Assembly (NCBI GenBank): GCA_963708135.1
Contig: OY970192.1
Span: 736,001 to 800,000 of the forward strand
Origin: an uncultured Gemmatimonadales bacterium
Lineage (GTDB): Bacteria; Gemmatimonadota; Gemmatimonadetes; Longimicrobiales; RSA9
Direction: 5' to 3'
Length of the DNA stretch: 64,000 bases
The position numbers and the translations under genes were made by a program. Below are positions 7,255 to 16,946 of the stretch, one piece after another. The notes below the pieces were generated by a model, which saw nothing but the letters and a program-made list of their open reading frames with translations, had not been told where the DNA came from and made no database searches. The stretch's first letter is position 1; each line of letters starts with the position of its first letter.

Positions 7255-9489
7255 TCACCGTCCCTCACCCGCCGCGTAGCCGCCGGCCAGATCCCGATAC
7301 GCCCGCACCAGCTCCAGGAACCCGTGCCGGTAGCCGTCCCCGTCCTCGCCCAGACCCGCCCGGGCGAGGGCCAGCACCTGGTCGGCGGTGATGGAGCCGC
7401 GGTGCTCGGAGTGGCGGAGCAGCATGCCGAAGCCGGCGACGGCGGCGGCGAAGCGGAAGTCGGCGGACGGCCGCCCCGGCGCGGCGGCGACGCGGGAGCC
7501 CGAGCCGACGCGGGAGCCCGAGCCGACGCGGGAGCCCGAGCCGACGCGGGAGCCCGAGCCGCCCCCGGGAAACTCCACCGAGCCGTCCCGCGACGCCTCG
7601 CCCGCGACGTCGCGGATGCCGCGCGTCATGAGGCGGCTCGTCGTCCCGTGCGGCGCCTTGTAGCGCACCTTCACGAACGCCAGCTCGCGGCCGCCGCTCG
7701 GGTCGGCGAGGCGGCCGGGGGCGCGGTAGCGGAGCGGGTCCACCGGCGCGGGAACCGCGGTGGAGTCGGGGCAGGCGGCGTCGCGCCCGGAGGCGGCGTC
7801 GTGCCCGGAGGCGGAATCGCGCCCGGAGGCGGCGTCGTGCCCGGAGGCGGAATCGCGCCCGGAGGCCGCGTCGCGCCCCGCGGCCGCGTCGTGGCCGCAG
7901 GCCACATCGTCGCCGGAGGCGCCATCGTCGCCTGAGAGGGTGAGCTCGTAGAGCGCCGTCACGGTGTGCCCGGCGCCGAGCTCCCCCGCGTCCTTCCTGT
8001 CGTTGTTGAAGTCCTCCGGCGCGAGCAGGCGGTCCTCGTAGCCGAGCAGGCGATAGCTCCGCACGCGCGCGGGGTTGAACTCGACCTGGACCTTCACGTC
8101 CTTCGCGACGGTGACGAGCGTCGCGCCCATCTGGGCGACGAGGACCTTACGGGCTTCCTGCAGGCCGTCGATGTAGGCGTAGTTGCCGTTCCCGTACCTG
8201 GCGAGCTGCTCCATCTTCTCGTTCTGCAGGTTGCCGGTGCCGAAGCCGAGGACGGTCAGGAAGGTGCCGCCTTCGCGCTCCCGCTCGATGAGGCGGACCA
8301 TGGCGGCATCGCTCGACTCGCCGACGTTGAAATCGCCGTCGGTGGCGAGGATGACGCGGTTGTTGCCGCGGGGGTCGAAGCTCCTCCGCGCCACCTCGTA
8401 GGCCAGCCGCAGCCCCTCGCCGCCAGCGGTCGAGCCGCCCGCCTGCAGACGCTCGATAGCCTCCATGATGAGGTCCTTCCGGTCGCCGGGGGTGGGCCCC
8501 AGGACGAGGCCGGCCGCGCCCGCGTAGACGACGATGGCCACGCGGTCCACGGCCCGGAGCTGCGCGACGAGCAGCCGCAGCGACGCCTTCACCAGCGGCA
8601 GCTTGTCGGGCTCGTCCATGGAGCCGGAGACGTCGAGCAGGAAGACCAGGTTGGCGGGCGGCAGGTCGCTCGTGGCGATCGGGCGGCTGGCCAAGCCGAT
8701 GCGGAGCAGCCGGTGCTTCGGCGTCCAGGGCGCGCGGCCCACCTCGGTGGTGATGGCCACCGGGTCGTCGCCTCGCGGGGTCGGGTAGTCGTACGGGAAG
8801 TAGTTGACCAGCTCCTCGATGCGCACGGCGTCGACGGGCGGCAGCCGATGCTCGCGCAGCAGGAAGCGACGCACGTTGCTGTACGAGGCGGGGTCCACGT
8901 CGATCGCGAAGGTCGAGAGCGGGTGGTCGGCGACGGCGCGGAAGCCGTTCTCCTCGATGTGCCCGTACTGCTCGCGGTCCACTGGCGGCCGGTACCAACC
9001 CGCCGCGTCCCGGCGCACGCCGCCCGTTGCCGTCTGCGCGTACATCGGTGAAGGCGACGGCGCGGCCGCGACCGCCCGTCCCGCCGCCGACATCGCCGCG
9101 TCCGTCACCACCAGCTCGTTGAGCGACACCGTCGTCTGCCGGAGCCGGAAATCGGCGGTCACGGAATCCGCCGCCGCGCCGGACGGCACCCGCACCACCA
9201 GGCGCGCCTCGTTGTAGCCGAGCAGCGTCGCCACCAGCGTGAGCCGGCCCGAGGCGACGTCGCCGCGCGGCACCTCCAGCGCGTACCGCCCGCCCGCGTC
9301 CGAGAGCGCGCCGGCGCGGGTGCCGGCGACGTGGATCTGCGCCCCCGCGAGCGGGCTGCCGTCACTCGCGCGGACGACCCGCCCGCTCACGCGCACCGCC
9401 TCGCCCGCGGGCCGGGCGAGGGCGAGGGAGGTGGCGGCGAGAAGGGCGGCCAGGGGGAGGGAGAGGATCGAGCGTCGGGTGCGTCGCAT
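7255..9489 (-). CDS. YfbK-like vWA domain protein (carboxypeptidase-regulatory-like N-terminus, vWF_A, DUF3520)
   Basis: PLSTFAIDVDPASYSNVRR, RIEELVNYFPY, MIDAS DVSGSM, ILATDGDFNVG, DFRFAAAVAGFGMLLR; signal peptide; GGAGG RBS. Confidence 0.9.
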   Translation of the reverse strand: MRRTRRSILSLPLAALLAATSLALARPAGEAVRVSGRVVRASDGSPLAGAQIHVAGTRAGALSDAGGRYALEVPRGDVASGRLTLVATLLGYNEARLVVRVPSGAAADSVTADFRLRQTTVSLNELVVTDAAMSAAGRAVAAAPSPSPMYAQTATGGVRRDAAGWYRPPVDREQYGHIEENGFRAVADHPLSTFAIDVDPASYSNVRRFLLREHRLPPVDAVRIEELVNYFPYDYPTPRGDDPVAITTEVGRAPWTPKHRLLRIGLASRPIATSDLPPANLVFLLDVSGSMDEPDKLPLVKASLRLLVAQLRAVDRVAIVVYAGAAGLVLGPTPGDRKDLIMEAIERLQAGGSTAGGEGLRLAYEVARRSFDPRGNNRVILATDGDFNVGESSDAAMVRLIEREREGGTFLTVLGFGTGNLQNEKMEQLARYGNGNYAYIDGLQEARKVLVAQMGATLVTVAKDVKVQVEFNPARVRSYRLLGYEDRLLAPEDFNNDRKDAGELGAGHTVTALYELTLSGDDGASGDDVACGHDAAAGRDAASGRDSASGHDAASGRDSASGHDAASGRDAACPDSTAVPAPVDPLRYRAPGRLADPSGGRELAFVKVRYKAPHGTTSRLMTRGIRDVAGEASRDGSVEFPGGGSGSRVGSGSRVGSGSRVGSGSRVAAAPGRPSADFRFAAAVAGFGMLLRHSEHRGSITADQVLALARAGLGEDGDGYRHGFLELVRAYRDLAGGYAAGEGR

Positions 9490-9556
9490 GGGGTCCTCCT
9501 CGCGTGCTCGGGATGTGCGCAGGCGGCCGGGCAGCCGGGCGTCCGGTCTCGAGCGG

Positions 9557-9585
9557 TACGACGAACGAGGAGGGAGGATTTGCAC
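9557..9585 (-). promoter_or_regulatory. Putative ECF-sigma promoter upstream of the vWA gene
   Basis: Minus strand GTGCAA-N14-TTCGTCG, same motif and spacing as at 10725-10753. Confidence 0.6.
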
Positions 9586-9665
9586 GCGGGGGGAACCGGG
9601 GCTCCTGCGGCTGAGGCCCGGCGACGATCAGGTCGACAAGGCAGCGGGGCCGCCACGGAGCCGGC

Positions 9666-10526
9666 TCAGCCCGGCGAGGTCAGGAACGCGGCGGCGTGCT
9701 CGGTGGCCCACTCGCGGAACGTCCGCGCGGGGGTGCCGGTGACCTGCTCGATGGTGTGCGTGACGTAGGCGGGCTGCCCGAGCGCGGCGCCCCACGCCCC
9801 CAGCAGCATGCCGGCGACGGCGGGCGGCATGCCCAGCCCGGTCAGCGCCTCCTCGGGCGACATCTCCTCGAAGCGCAGCGTCGTCCGCCCGATGACCTCG
9901 CCGATCGTGCGCACCTGCGCCGCCTGGGTCAGGGAGGCGGGTCCGGTGAGCACGTAGTCGGCACCGGCGTGGGCGTCGTCCGAGAGCGCGCGCACGGCGA
10001 CGTCGGCAACGTCGCGCTCATGGACGGGCGCGGTCTCCGCCGCCCCGTACGGCCAGTGGACGACGTCGCCCGCGCGGATCTGCGGCGCCCACCAGAACAG
10101 CGCGTTCGAGGCGAACATGCCGGGGCGCAGGATCGTCCAAGCCACCCCCGAGGAGGCGACGAGATCGTCCAGCTGCGCGTGCACGGCCCGCAAGGCGTTC
10201 GGCTGCTGGAAGAACGGGTGCGCCGTGCGGTGAGGCGAGGAGAGGAGCACGATGCGCCGTGCGCGCGCGGCCATGCGGGCCACGACATCGGGCGCGGTGG
10301 CCGGCGGCGCGGCCCAGACGAGGAAGACCGCATCCACGTCGTCGAGGGCGGCCTCCAGCGACTCCGGCACCGTGAGATCCGCCGCGACGAGCTCGACGCC
10401 GGCAGGCAGCCGCGCGGCGGCCGGGTCGCGCGTGAGCCCACGCACCTCCGCTCCGGCCGCGAGCAGCCCCGCGACCACCTGGCGCCCGACTCGGCCGGTG
10501 GCGCCCGTGACGAGGACACGATTCAT
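9666..10526 (-). CDS. NmrA-like NAD(P)H-binding protein
   Basis: VLVTGATGRVG Rossmann motif, WTILRPGMFASN, VHERDVA. Confidence 0.9.
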   Translation of the reverse strand: MNRVLVTGATGRVGRQVVAGLLAAGAEVRGLTRDPAAARLPAGVELVAADLTVPESLEAALDDVDAVFLVWAAPPATAPDVVARMAARARRIVLLSSPHRTAHPFFQQPNALRAVHAQLDDLVASSGVAWTILRPGMFASNALFWWAPQIRAGDVVHWPYGAAETAPVHERDVADVAVRALSDDAHAGADYVLTGPASLTQAAQVRTIGEVIGRTTLRFEEMSPEEALTGLGMPPAVAGMLLGAWGAALGQPAYVTHTIEQVTGTPARTFREWATEHAAAFLTSPG

Positions 10527-10724
10527 GTGGGCCGGCTCCGGTGCGGGAGATCATTGCCTCGCATGCGCGAATATACTCCGCCTCGTGCGCGAGCGGGTGG
10601 GAACCCCATGCGGGAGGCACGTCACGCTGTTCCGAAGGTGAGGCCGCCGCCGGAGCAGAGAGAAGGCGGGATGGACAACGCAGGCGTCGCCGGAGGCAGG
10701 GTACTAGCTTCCGGACGGACCCTT

Positions 10725-10753
10725 GTGCAACTCACCGCCACTGATTCGTCGAA
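10725..10753 (+). promoter_or_regulatory. Putative autoregulatory ECF promoter
   Basis: GTGCAAC..CGTCGAA, ECF-type -35 AAC / -10 CGT, ending 5 nt before ATG 10759. Confidence 0.6.
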
Positions 10754-10758
10754 AGCGC

Positions 10759-11328
10759 ATGAAGCGACCACGGCTGGGCGTGGGGGACCGGAGCGGCGCT
10801 CCCGGAACCGCGAGGCGGGGCCGGACGGACTGGGCGTCGGTGTACCGCGCCGTCTACCCGGAGGTCGTGCGCTTCCTCGGCTGGATGCTGTGGGACGAGG
10901 AGCGGGCGAAGGACCTGGCGCAGGAGGCGTTCGCGCGCGTGCTGGACAAGGACGCCGACAACCCGCGCGGCCTCGTCTTCCGCACGGCGGCCAACCTGGC
11001 GCGTGACGAGGCGAGGACCATTGTCAGGCGACGTCGCCACCTGAAGCTCCTGCGCGTCGAGGAGGACGTCCGGGCCGAGCACGCCGCGACGCCCGCCGAG
11101 GGGCTCGAGGCGAGGGAGCGCGACGCGCGGCTGCGGCGGGCGCTGGAGTCGCTCACGGAGCGCGACCGGCAGGTGCTGCTCCTCTGGAACGCCGGCTTCG
11201 ACTACACGGAGATCGCCGAGCAGACGGGCCTCGCCAAGGGCGCCATCGGCACCACCGTGGCCCGCGCGAAGAAGAAACTCGTGAGCGCGCATGACGCGCT
11301 GGAGGCGACCGATGCGGCACTTGGATGA
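10759..11328 (+). CDS. ECF RNA polymerase sigma factor
   Basis: DLAQEAF region 2; LTERDRQVLLL..GFDYTEIAEQTG..GAIGTTVARAKKKL region 4. Confidence 0.92.
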   Translation: MKRPRLGVGDRSGAPGTARRGRTDWASVYRAVYPEVVRFLGWMLWDEERAKDLAQEAFARVLDKDADNPRGLVFRTAANLARDEARTIVRRRRHLKLLRVEEDVRAEHAATPAEGLEARERDARLRRALESLTERDRQVLLLWNAGFDYTEIAEQTGLAKGAIGTTVARAKKKLVSAHDALEATDAALG

Positions 11329-12820
11329 CGGCACCCTCCAGGCCTGGCTGGACGAGGAGCGCGCGGGGCTCTCGCCCGCCGAGCGCGACGACGTCGAGCG
11401 CCACCTCGCCGCGTGCGCGGAGTGCGCCGCGCGGCTGGAGGCGCTGGCGGGGCTGGACGGCCGGGCGAGGGCGCTGCTGGGGGCGGAGGGCGCGGGCGCA
11501 GCCGACATCCCGGACTTCGAGCGGGTGGTGGAGCGGGCGGGGCGGGGAGGCGGCGGCGCCCGCCGTCGCCCGGCCTGGACCGCGGCCGCCTGGGCGGCGA
11601 CGGTGGTGCTGGCGGTGGCGGTGGGGTGGCTCGTGCGCGGGCAGCCGCATCGGGATGTCGCCATGGCGACGGCGCGCGCTCCGGAGCCGGCGTCCGCGCC
11701 GGCGGTCGTGGCCGCGGCGCCGTCGCCGGCGAAGTCCGGCGTGACGGGGGGCGCTCCGGCCGCGGCGGTCGAGCCCGGGGCAAACGAGTCCGGCCGCATC
11801 CCGCCCGCGGAGCCGCGCGGGGCGGTGGCCGAGGCGCGGCCAGCCGCGCCCGGGCCGGAGCCCGCGCCGGCCGCGCCCGGGCCGGAGGCCCCCCTGAACG
11901 GAGACGTGGCCCTGAAGACGGAGGCGCGGCGGTCGCTGGCCGAGGCGGCCCCCTCCGCGGCGACGTTGGCGCCGGGTCGTTCGATGCAGGCGGCCAGGGC
12001 GGTGGCCGGAGCGGCCGCGCCCGCCGTGGTGCGCGGGCGGGTGACGGATGAATCCGGGAGGCCGCTGGCGGGCGCCCAGGTCGTTGCGAACGGCACGGGT
12101 GGGGGCGTGATCACCGATGCGGAGGGAAGCTTCTCGCTGCCACTGACGCGGTTGCCGGCGGACTCCGCCCGGCGCGAGGTGAGCGTGACCGCGCGGCTGC
12201 TCGGCTACGCCCCGGCGAGCCGGTCGCTACCCTTGCCGGAGGCAGCCGACGCCTCCATGGACATCCGGCTGTCGCCCGAAAGCGTCGCGCTCAACGCGAT
12301 CGTCGTCGCCGGCGGAGGCGACCGGGACGACACGCCCGCTTCCCCGGCGTCCCGCGCCGTGACGTACCGCTCCGCCGCCATAGACGCGAACGGCGACCTT
12401 GCCATCGTGACGGACGGTGGGGCGACCATCACCGTCCGGAAGGAAGCCGACCAGACGTCGTTCTCGGCGCCGGTCATCTCTTCTTCTCGAGCGGCGGTCG
12501 GTGCCCGGGCGATGTTCCCGAGCTGTTGCACGTCGTACGATCTCCCCCTCCAGCTCGTGGTCTACGCGGCGGGCAAGGTGCACAGGTTCACGGGAGTCGA
12601 GCTCCCGATCTTCCGGTGGGCCTTCGAGGACGGGGGAACCCGTGTCGCATACGGGCAGGAGCCGGCTCACTTCGGCTGCACGACGCACTACGAGCTGAGG
12701 GACGTCGAATCTGAGCGACTCATCGAAACCGTGGACGTTCCGGAGGCGTGCGGGGAGAACCCCGAGCCGAAGCCGGTGAAGACCCCGCCCTGGGTTGCGG
12801 AGCTCATGTCGAAGAAGTAG
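11312..12820 (+). CDS. Zinc-binding (zf-HC2) anti-sigma factor with TM, carboxypeptidase-regulatory-like domain and extra C-terminal domain
   Basis: H..HLAACAEC ZAS motif, TM helix, VRGRVTDESGRPLAGAQV; overlaps sigma stop. Confidence 0.85.
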   Translation: MRHLDDGTLQAWLDEERAGLSPAERDDVERHLAACAECAARLEALAGLDGRARALLGAEGAGAADIPDFERVVERAGRGGGGARRRPAWTAAAWAATVVLAVAVGWLVRGQPHRDVAMATARAPEPASAPAVVAAAPSPAKSGVTGGAPAAAVEPGANESGRIPPAEPRGAVAEARPAAPGPEPAPAAPGPEAPLNGDVALKTEARRSLAEAAPSAATLAPGRSMQAARAVAGAAAPAVVRGRVTDESGRPLAGAQVVANGTGGGVITDAEGSFSLPLTRLPADSARREVSVTARLLGYAPASRSLPLPEAADASMDIRLSPESVALNAIVVAGGGDRDDTPASPASRAVTYRSAAIDANGDLAIVTDGGATITVRKEADQTSFSAPVISSSRAAVGARAMFPSCCTSYDLPLQLVVYAAGKVHRFTGVELPIFRWAFEDGGTRVAYGQEPAHFGCTTHYELRDVESERLIETVDVPEACGENPEPKPVKTPPWVAELMSKK

Positions 12821-13053
12821 GCCCGCTCGCCGCGACATGAGGCCGGCGGTGCGCCGGCGCCCGGGGACCTGCGATCGCCGGTCCGTTTCCTCCGGCGCCG
12901 TCCGAGCGCTCCGTAACAGAGCTGTTCCGGACTCGGACCCGCCGGAGGACGCCGGAGGACGCCGAGGACGCCGGAGGACGCCCGCCGGGCTTGACTCCAT
13001 CCGCGGGGCGGTCCAGCTTCGAGCGTCCCTTCCTCCCCTCACCCCGGACCTCC

Positions 13054-14910
13054 ATGCGTCGTAGCCTTTTCTCGGAGCTGAAGCGCCGGAACGTGTGGCG
13101 CGCGGCGGCGCTGTACGCGGCCGGCGCGTGGCTGCTCGTGCAGGTGGCGACGCAGGTGTTCCCCTTCCTGGACGTGCCGAACTGGGTTGTGCGCTGGGTG
13201 ATCGTGGCGGTGCTGGTCGGCTTCCCGTTCTGGATCGCGTTCGCGTGGCTGTACGAGATCACGCCCCAGGGTATCAGGCGCGAGAGCGACGTCGCCACCG
13301 AGGAGTCGGTCGCGCACCGGACGGGCCGCACGCTGGACCGCTGGATCATCGGCATACTCTCGGTGGCCGTGGTGCTGCTGGTGACCAATCTGTTAATGTG
13401 GCACCGGGGCGGCGCGGGGAGCGGGGCCGGCGGCGCAACGGCGGCGGCCGGCGGCGCCACGAGCGGGAGCGGCGGTGCGCCGGCCGTGCCCGCGCGCTCG
13501 ATCGCGGTGCTGCCGTTCGTGAACGAGTCGTCGGACCCGCAGCAGGGGTACTTCGCGGACGGGATCTCGGAGGATCTGCTCGACCTGCTGACCAAGATCC
13601 CGGCGCTGCGGGTGGCGGCGCGGACGTCGTCGTTCTCCTTCAAGGGGCAGAACCTCGATGTGCCGGAGATCGCGCGGCGGCTGAACGTGGCGAACGTGCT
13701 CCAGGGGTCGGTCCGGCGGGCGGGCGACGAGGTTCGGATCTCGGTGCAGCTCGTCCACGCGGCCGACGGCTATCAGGTGTGGTCGCAGAGGTGGGACCGC
13801 AAGCTCACCGACGTGTTCGCCATCCAGGACGAGATCGCGCGGGCCGTGGCCAGGCAGCTGCAGGCGAAGCTGCTGGGGGCGGCGCCGCGGGCGCAGCCGA
13901 CCGACCCGGGGGCGTACGCGCTCTTCCTCCAGGCGCGGGAGTTGGGCCGGCAGCAGCGGCCCGAGGCGATGCTGCGCTCGGACTCGCTCTACCGGCGGGT
14001 TCTCGCGGCGGATCCCCGCTACGCGCCGGCCTGGACGGAGCTGGCCCGCAACTTCGTGCACGAAACGAACATCGGGATGGTGCCGAACGACGAGGGGCTG
14101 AAGCGGGCGCGCGAGGCGGCCGGGAAGGCGCTCGCGCTCGATCCCGACTACGCGCCGGCCCACGGCATCCTCGGCTACATCGCCACGTCGGACGGCGACC
14201 TCACGGGGGCGGCCCGCGAGCTGGAGCGAGCGCTCGCGCTCGACCCGACCGATCTCGACGTGCTGGGAAGGAGCGCGTCGCTGCTCGAGTCGCTGGGCCG
14301 GCTGAAGGAGGCGATCGCGCTCCAGGAGTATGTCGTCGCCCGCGACCCGGTGAACGTGAGCCAGGTGTTCAACCTGGGCCTCTACTCCCTCTGGGCCGGC
14401 CGCTACGACGACGCCATCGCCCGCCTACGGACGGTGCTGAGCCTGAGCCCGGGCCGCGGCAGCGCCCACCACTCGATCGGCGAGGCGCTGCTGCTGAAGG
14501 GGTACGCACCGGCGGCGCTCGCGGAGATGCGGCAGGAGACGAGCGAGATGTGGCGCATGATCGGCATGCCCATGGTCTATCACGCGCTCGGGCGGAAGGC
14601 GGCGTCCGACTCCGCACTCGCGGCGCTCATCCGCAAGTACGACAAGGAGGCGCCGTACAACATCGCCTACGTCTACGCCTACCGGGGCCAGGCGGACCAG
14701 GCCTTCGCCTGGCTGAACAAGGCCAATGAGTACGGCGACCCGGGGCTCTCCGAGATCACCGATGAGCCCCTCTTCGACAGGATCCGCTCCGACCCGCGCT
14801 GGCTGCCGTTCCTGCGCCGCATCGGCAAGGCGCACGAGCAGCTCGAGCGGATCCAGTTCCACGTCGCGGTTCCGGGGACGGGGGAGGCAGCGGCGGCCGC
14901 GGCGGAGTAG
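13054..14910 (+). CDS. Membrane-anchored TolB-like/TPR protein (adenylate-cyclase-associated type, no cyclase domain seen)
   Basis: SELKRRNV TM head, SIAVLPFVNES, YFADGISEDLL, RTSSFSFKG, TPR repeats, DPRWLPFLRRIG. Confidence 0.85.
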   Translation: MRRSLFSELKRRNVWRAAALYAAGAWLLVQVATQVFPFLDVPNWVVRWVIVAVLVGFPFWIAFAWLYEITPQGIRRESDVATEESVAHRTGRTLDRWIIGILSVAVVLLVTNLLMWHRGGAGSGAGGATAAAGGATSGSGGAPAVPARSIAVLPFVNESSDPQQGYFADGISEDLLDLLTKIPALRVAARTSSFSFKGQNLDVPEIARRLNVANVLQGSVRRAGDEVRISVQLVHAADGYQVWSQRWDRKLTDVFAIQDEIARAVARQLQAKLLGAAPRAQPTDPGAYALFLQARELGRQQRPEAMLRSDSLYRRVLAADPRYAPAWTELARNFVHETNIGMVPNDEGLKRAREAAGKALALDPDYAPAHGILGYIATSDGDLTGAARELERALALDPTDLDVLGRSASLLESLGRLKEAIALQEYVVARDPVNVSQVFNLGLYSLWAGRYDDAIARLRTVLSLSPGRGSAHHSIGEALLLKGYAPAALAEMRQETSEMWRMIGMPMVYHALGRKAASDSALAALIRKYDKEAPYNIAYVYAYRGQADQAFAWLNKANEYGDPGLSEITDEPLFDRIRSDPRWLPFLRRIGKAHEQLERIQFHVAVPGTGEAAAAAAE

Positions 14911-14927
14911 CCGGTGCAGCTTCGCGA

Positions 14928-15581
14928 TTACGCGTGTACATCGGCCTCGCGCTCCCAAACCTCCACCTCCCAGACCAGGGTCCGGCTCCGCCAGCGCGGG
15001 ACGAGCCCGCGCTGGCGCACCACACGGCGGATCTCCTCGGGTGGGTGGAGGAAGGTGCGCATGGGGATGCGGCGCAGCCGCTGCACGAGGTTGATCACCG
15101 GCAGCATCAGCCGGTTCAGCAGGGTGCGGCGAGGGTAGACGGTGCCCCAGAGGCGGCGCGCGCGATCCGCCGACTCGGCGACGAGGGCCTCCATCGCCGG
15201 ATAGCAGCAGATCACCTTGTCGAGGGTGACGACATCGGCCGGGGAGAGGGTGTCCGCGAGCTCGAGGAAGTCGCCGTGGAGGAAGCGGATCCGGTCGTTC
15301 AGGTGCCGGCGCAGCGCCTCCTGCCGCGCGGCATCCAGGAGGGCCGACGAGGCGTCCACCGCCACCGCGCTCCGGGCGCCGTCCTCGAGCAGCGCGTGCT
15401 GGATGCCGCCCACGCCGCCGCCAATGTCGAGCAGGGTCTCGCCGCCGCCGGCCTCGAGGATCGCGGCCACGAGCAGGCGCGTGGGCGCTCCGACTCCGCG
15501 GCGCCGGTAGCGTCGCAGCTCGCGGCGGGCGAAGTCCTCGCCGAACTCCTTCTCCAGGCCGACGCACTGGGGGCAGGTCAC
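14928..15581 (-). CDS. SAM-dependent methyltransferase
   Basis: LLDIGGGVG, AVDAS, HGDF, ADVVTLDKVICCYP; probable GTG start. Confidence 0.8.
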   Translation of the reverse strand: MTCPQCVGLEKEFGEDFARRELRRYRRRGVGAPTRLLVAAILEAGGGETLLDIGGGVGGIQHALLEDGARSAVAVDASSALLDAARQEALRRHLNDRIRFLHGDFLELADTLSPADVVTLDKVICCYPAMEALVAESADRARRLWGTVYPRRTLLNRLMLPVINLVQRLRRIPMRTFLHPPEEIRRVVRQRGLVPRWRSRTLVWEVEVWEREADVHA

Positions 15582-15660
15582 GGGCGATATATAGCGAGGA
15601 GAGGTCGGGCGCGTCCAGGGGGGGCCCGCCCCGACGTCGGGGTCGGTGTGTGGGTAGGGA

Positions 15661-16578
15661 CTATACCTTGCCCACGACCGCGGCGATGGCGTCCAGCACG
15701 GCCTCGGGACTCTCCTCGTGGATCCAGCCGTGGCCGGCATCGCCGAGCGAGCGGTGCTGGCCCCGGGGGAGGGAGGCGGCGAGCGTCGCATGCAAGGCCG
15801 CCTTGGCCCGGTTGATGTCCTCCAGGACCTCCGGTGACCAGAGGCTGGCCTGGGTGGCGTCGCGTCCCAGGGCGGAGAGGACGAACAGGGGAACGTCGGG
15901 CAGAGGCGCCGCGTGCCTCAGCTCCTCGGTCACCTCATCGTAGAGGTTCCTGCCTTCGTCCCAACCGATCCGCCACGAGGTCAGATGGTATTCGACGAGT
16001 GCCTGCCGAACCCCGTCGGGCCAACTGGCGAAGTGCTGGACGAGCGGGGCGCGCGAGCGCTCGATCTGCTCCGGCGTGGGCTCGGGGAGCGTCGGGTTCT
16101 TGAAGCGCTCCAGCATGGCCCGGACGTGCCCGGGCGCCCGGGCCACCAGATCCTCGTGGAAGGGGTCCAGCAGGACCAGGCCGGCCACGTCGCCGGGAAA
16201 GCGCTGCGCGTAGTCGCGCGCGTAGGCGCCGCCCAGCGAGTGGCCCACGAGCACGTGGGGAGCGGGGACCCCGGCGGCATCCAGGAGCGCGCGCAGCTCG
16301 TCGCTCACCTCCCTCGCCGTGCGGGGCAGGTCGATGCGACTGCTCCAGCCGGTGCCCGCCCGGTCATAGATGACGCTCGTCGTGAACGCCGCCACGCGGT
16401 CGTGGAGGTTCAGGAAATCCAGTCCGACCAGTCCTGCGCCCGGCAGGAACACGACCGCCGGCTCGCCGGTGCCGGAGCGATGAAGCCAGAGCCGGCGGTC
16501 GCCGACGTCGACGAGACGCCCGATCGGCGCTTCGGGTCCCCGCGGCGGCGCGGCGGCGGTTGAGCTCGATTCGGTCAT
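15661..16578 (-). CDS. Alpha/beta hydrolase
   Basis: YDRAGTGWS, GHSLGG nucleophile elbow, GHGWIH. Confidence 0.9.
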   Translation of the reverse strand: MTESSSTAAAPPRGPEAPIGRLVDVGDRRLWLHRSGTGEPAVVFLPGAGLVGLDFLNLHDRVAAFTTSVIYDRAGTGWSSRIDLPRTAREVSDELRALLDAAGVPAPHVLVGHSLGGAYARDYAQRFPGDVAGLVLLDPFHEDLVARAPGHVRAMLERFKNPTLPEPTPEQIERSRAPLVQHFASWPDGVRQALVEYHLTSWRIGWDEGRNLYDEVTEELRHAAPLPDVPLFVLSALGRDATQASLWSPEVLEDINRAKAALHATLAASLPRGQHRSLGDAGHGWIHEESPEAVLDAIAAVVGKV

Positions 16579-16611
16579 GTCGCTGTCTCCGGTGAACGTT
16601 CTCAGATTTGC

Positions 16612-16932
16612 GAACGGTATCGGCTGCGCAGCGAGCGAGCCGCGGTGGACGCGGAAGCCGCCGCGGCGGCAACTCGAGACGAGCACCGGCATGCGTTGGC
16701 CGTGGCGATGGCGACGCTCGTGGCGGAGTTCAACGCCTACCTCGAGCGCCCCGGGAGCGATCCGGCGGCGGACGCCGTGGGCTACCGGCAGCACGCCGTC
16801 TGGCTGGACCCGGAGGAACGTGCCGCGCTGATCCGCGCTCTGAGGGAGGTCATTCTGGCGAGGGTCCACAACGACCCCACGTCCGGCCGCATCCGGCACG
16901 TGCTCAGCCCGATCCTGTTTCCCATGGAATAG
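16612..16932 (+). pseudogene. C-terminal half of an HTH transcriptional regulator; HTH missing
   Basis: ERYRLRSERAAVD..EFNAYLERPGSDP..VGYRQHAVWL..LSPILFP resembles the C-terminus of actinobacterial ArsR-like HTH proteins; no room for an HTH before the divergent gene at 16578. Confidence 0.6.
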
Positions 16933-16946
16933 GGGCAAGAACGTCG

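Noticed and set aside
12941..12982. GCCGGAGGAC x4 and similar micro-repeats (e.g. CCCGAA at 51110-51158) as regulatory arrays
   Set aside because: Short GC-rich slippage repeats with no supporting context.
13054..14910. Adenylate cyclase or Ser/Thr kinase
   Set aside because: Only TM, TolB-like and TPR parts are visible; no catalytic motifs.
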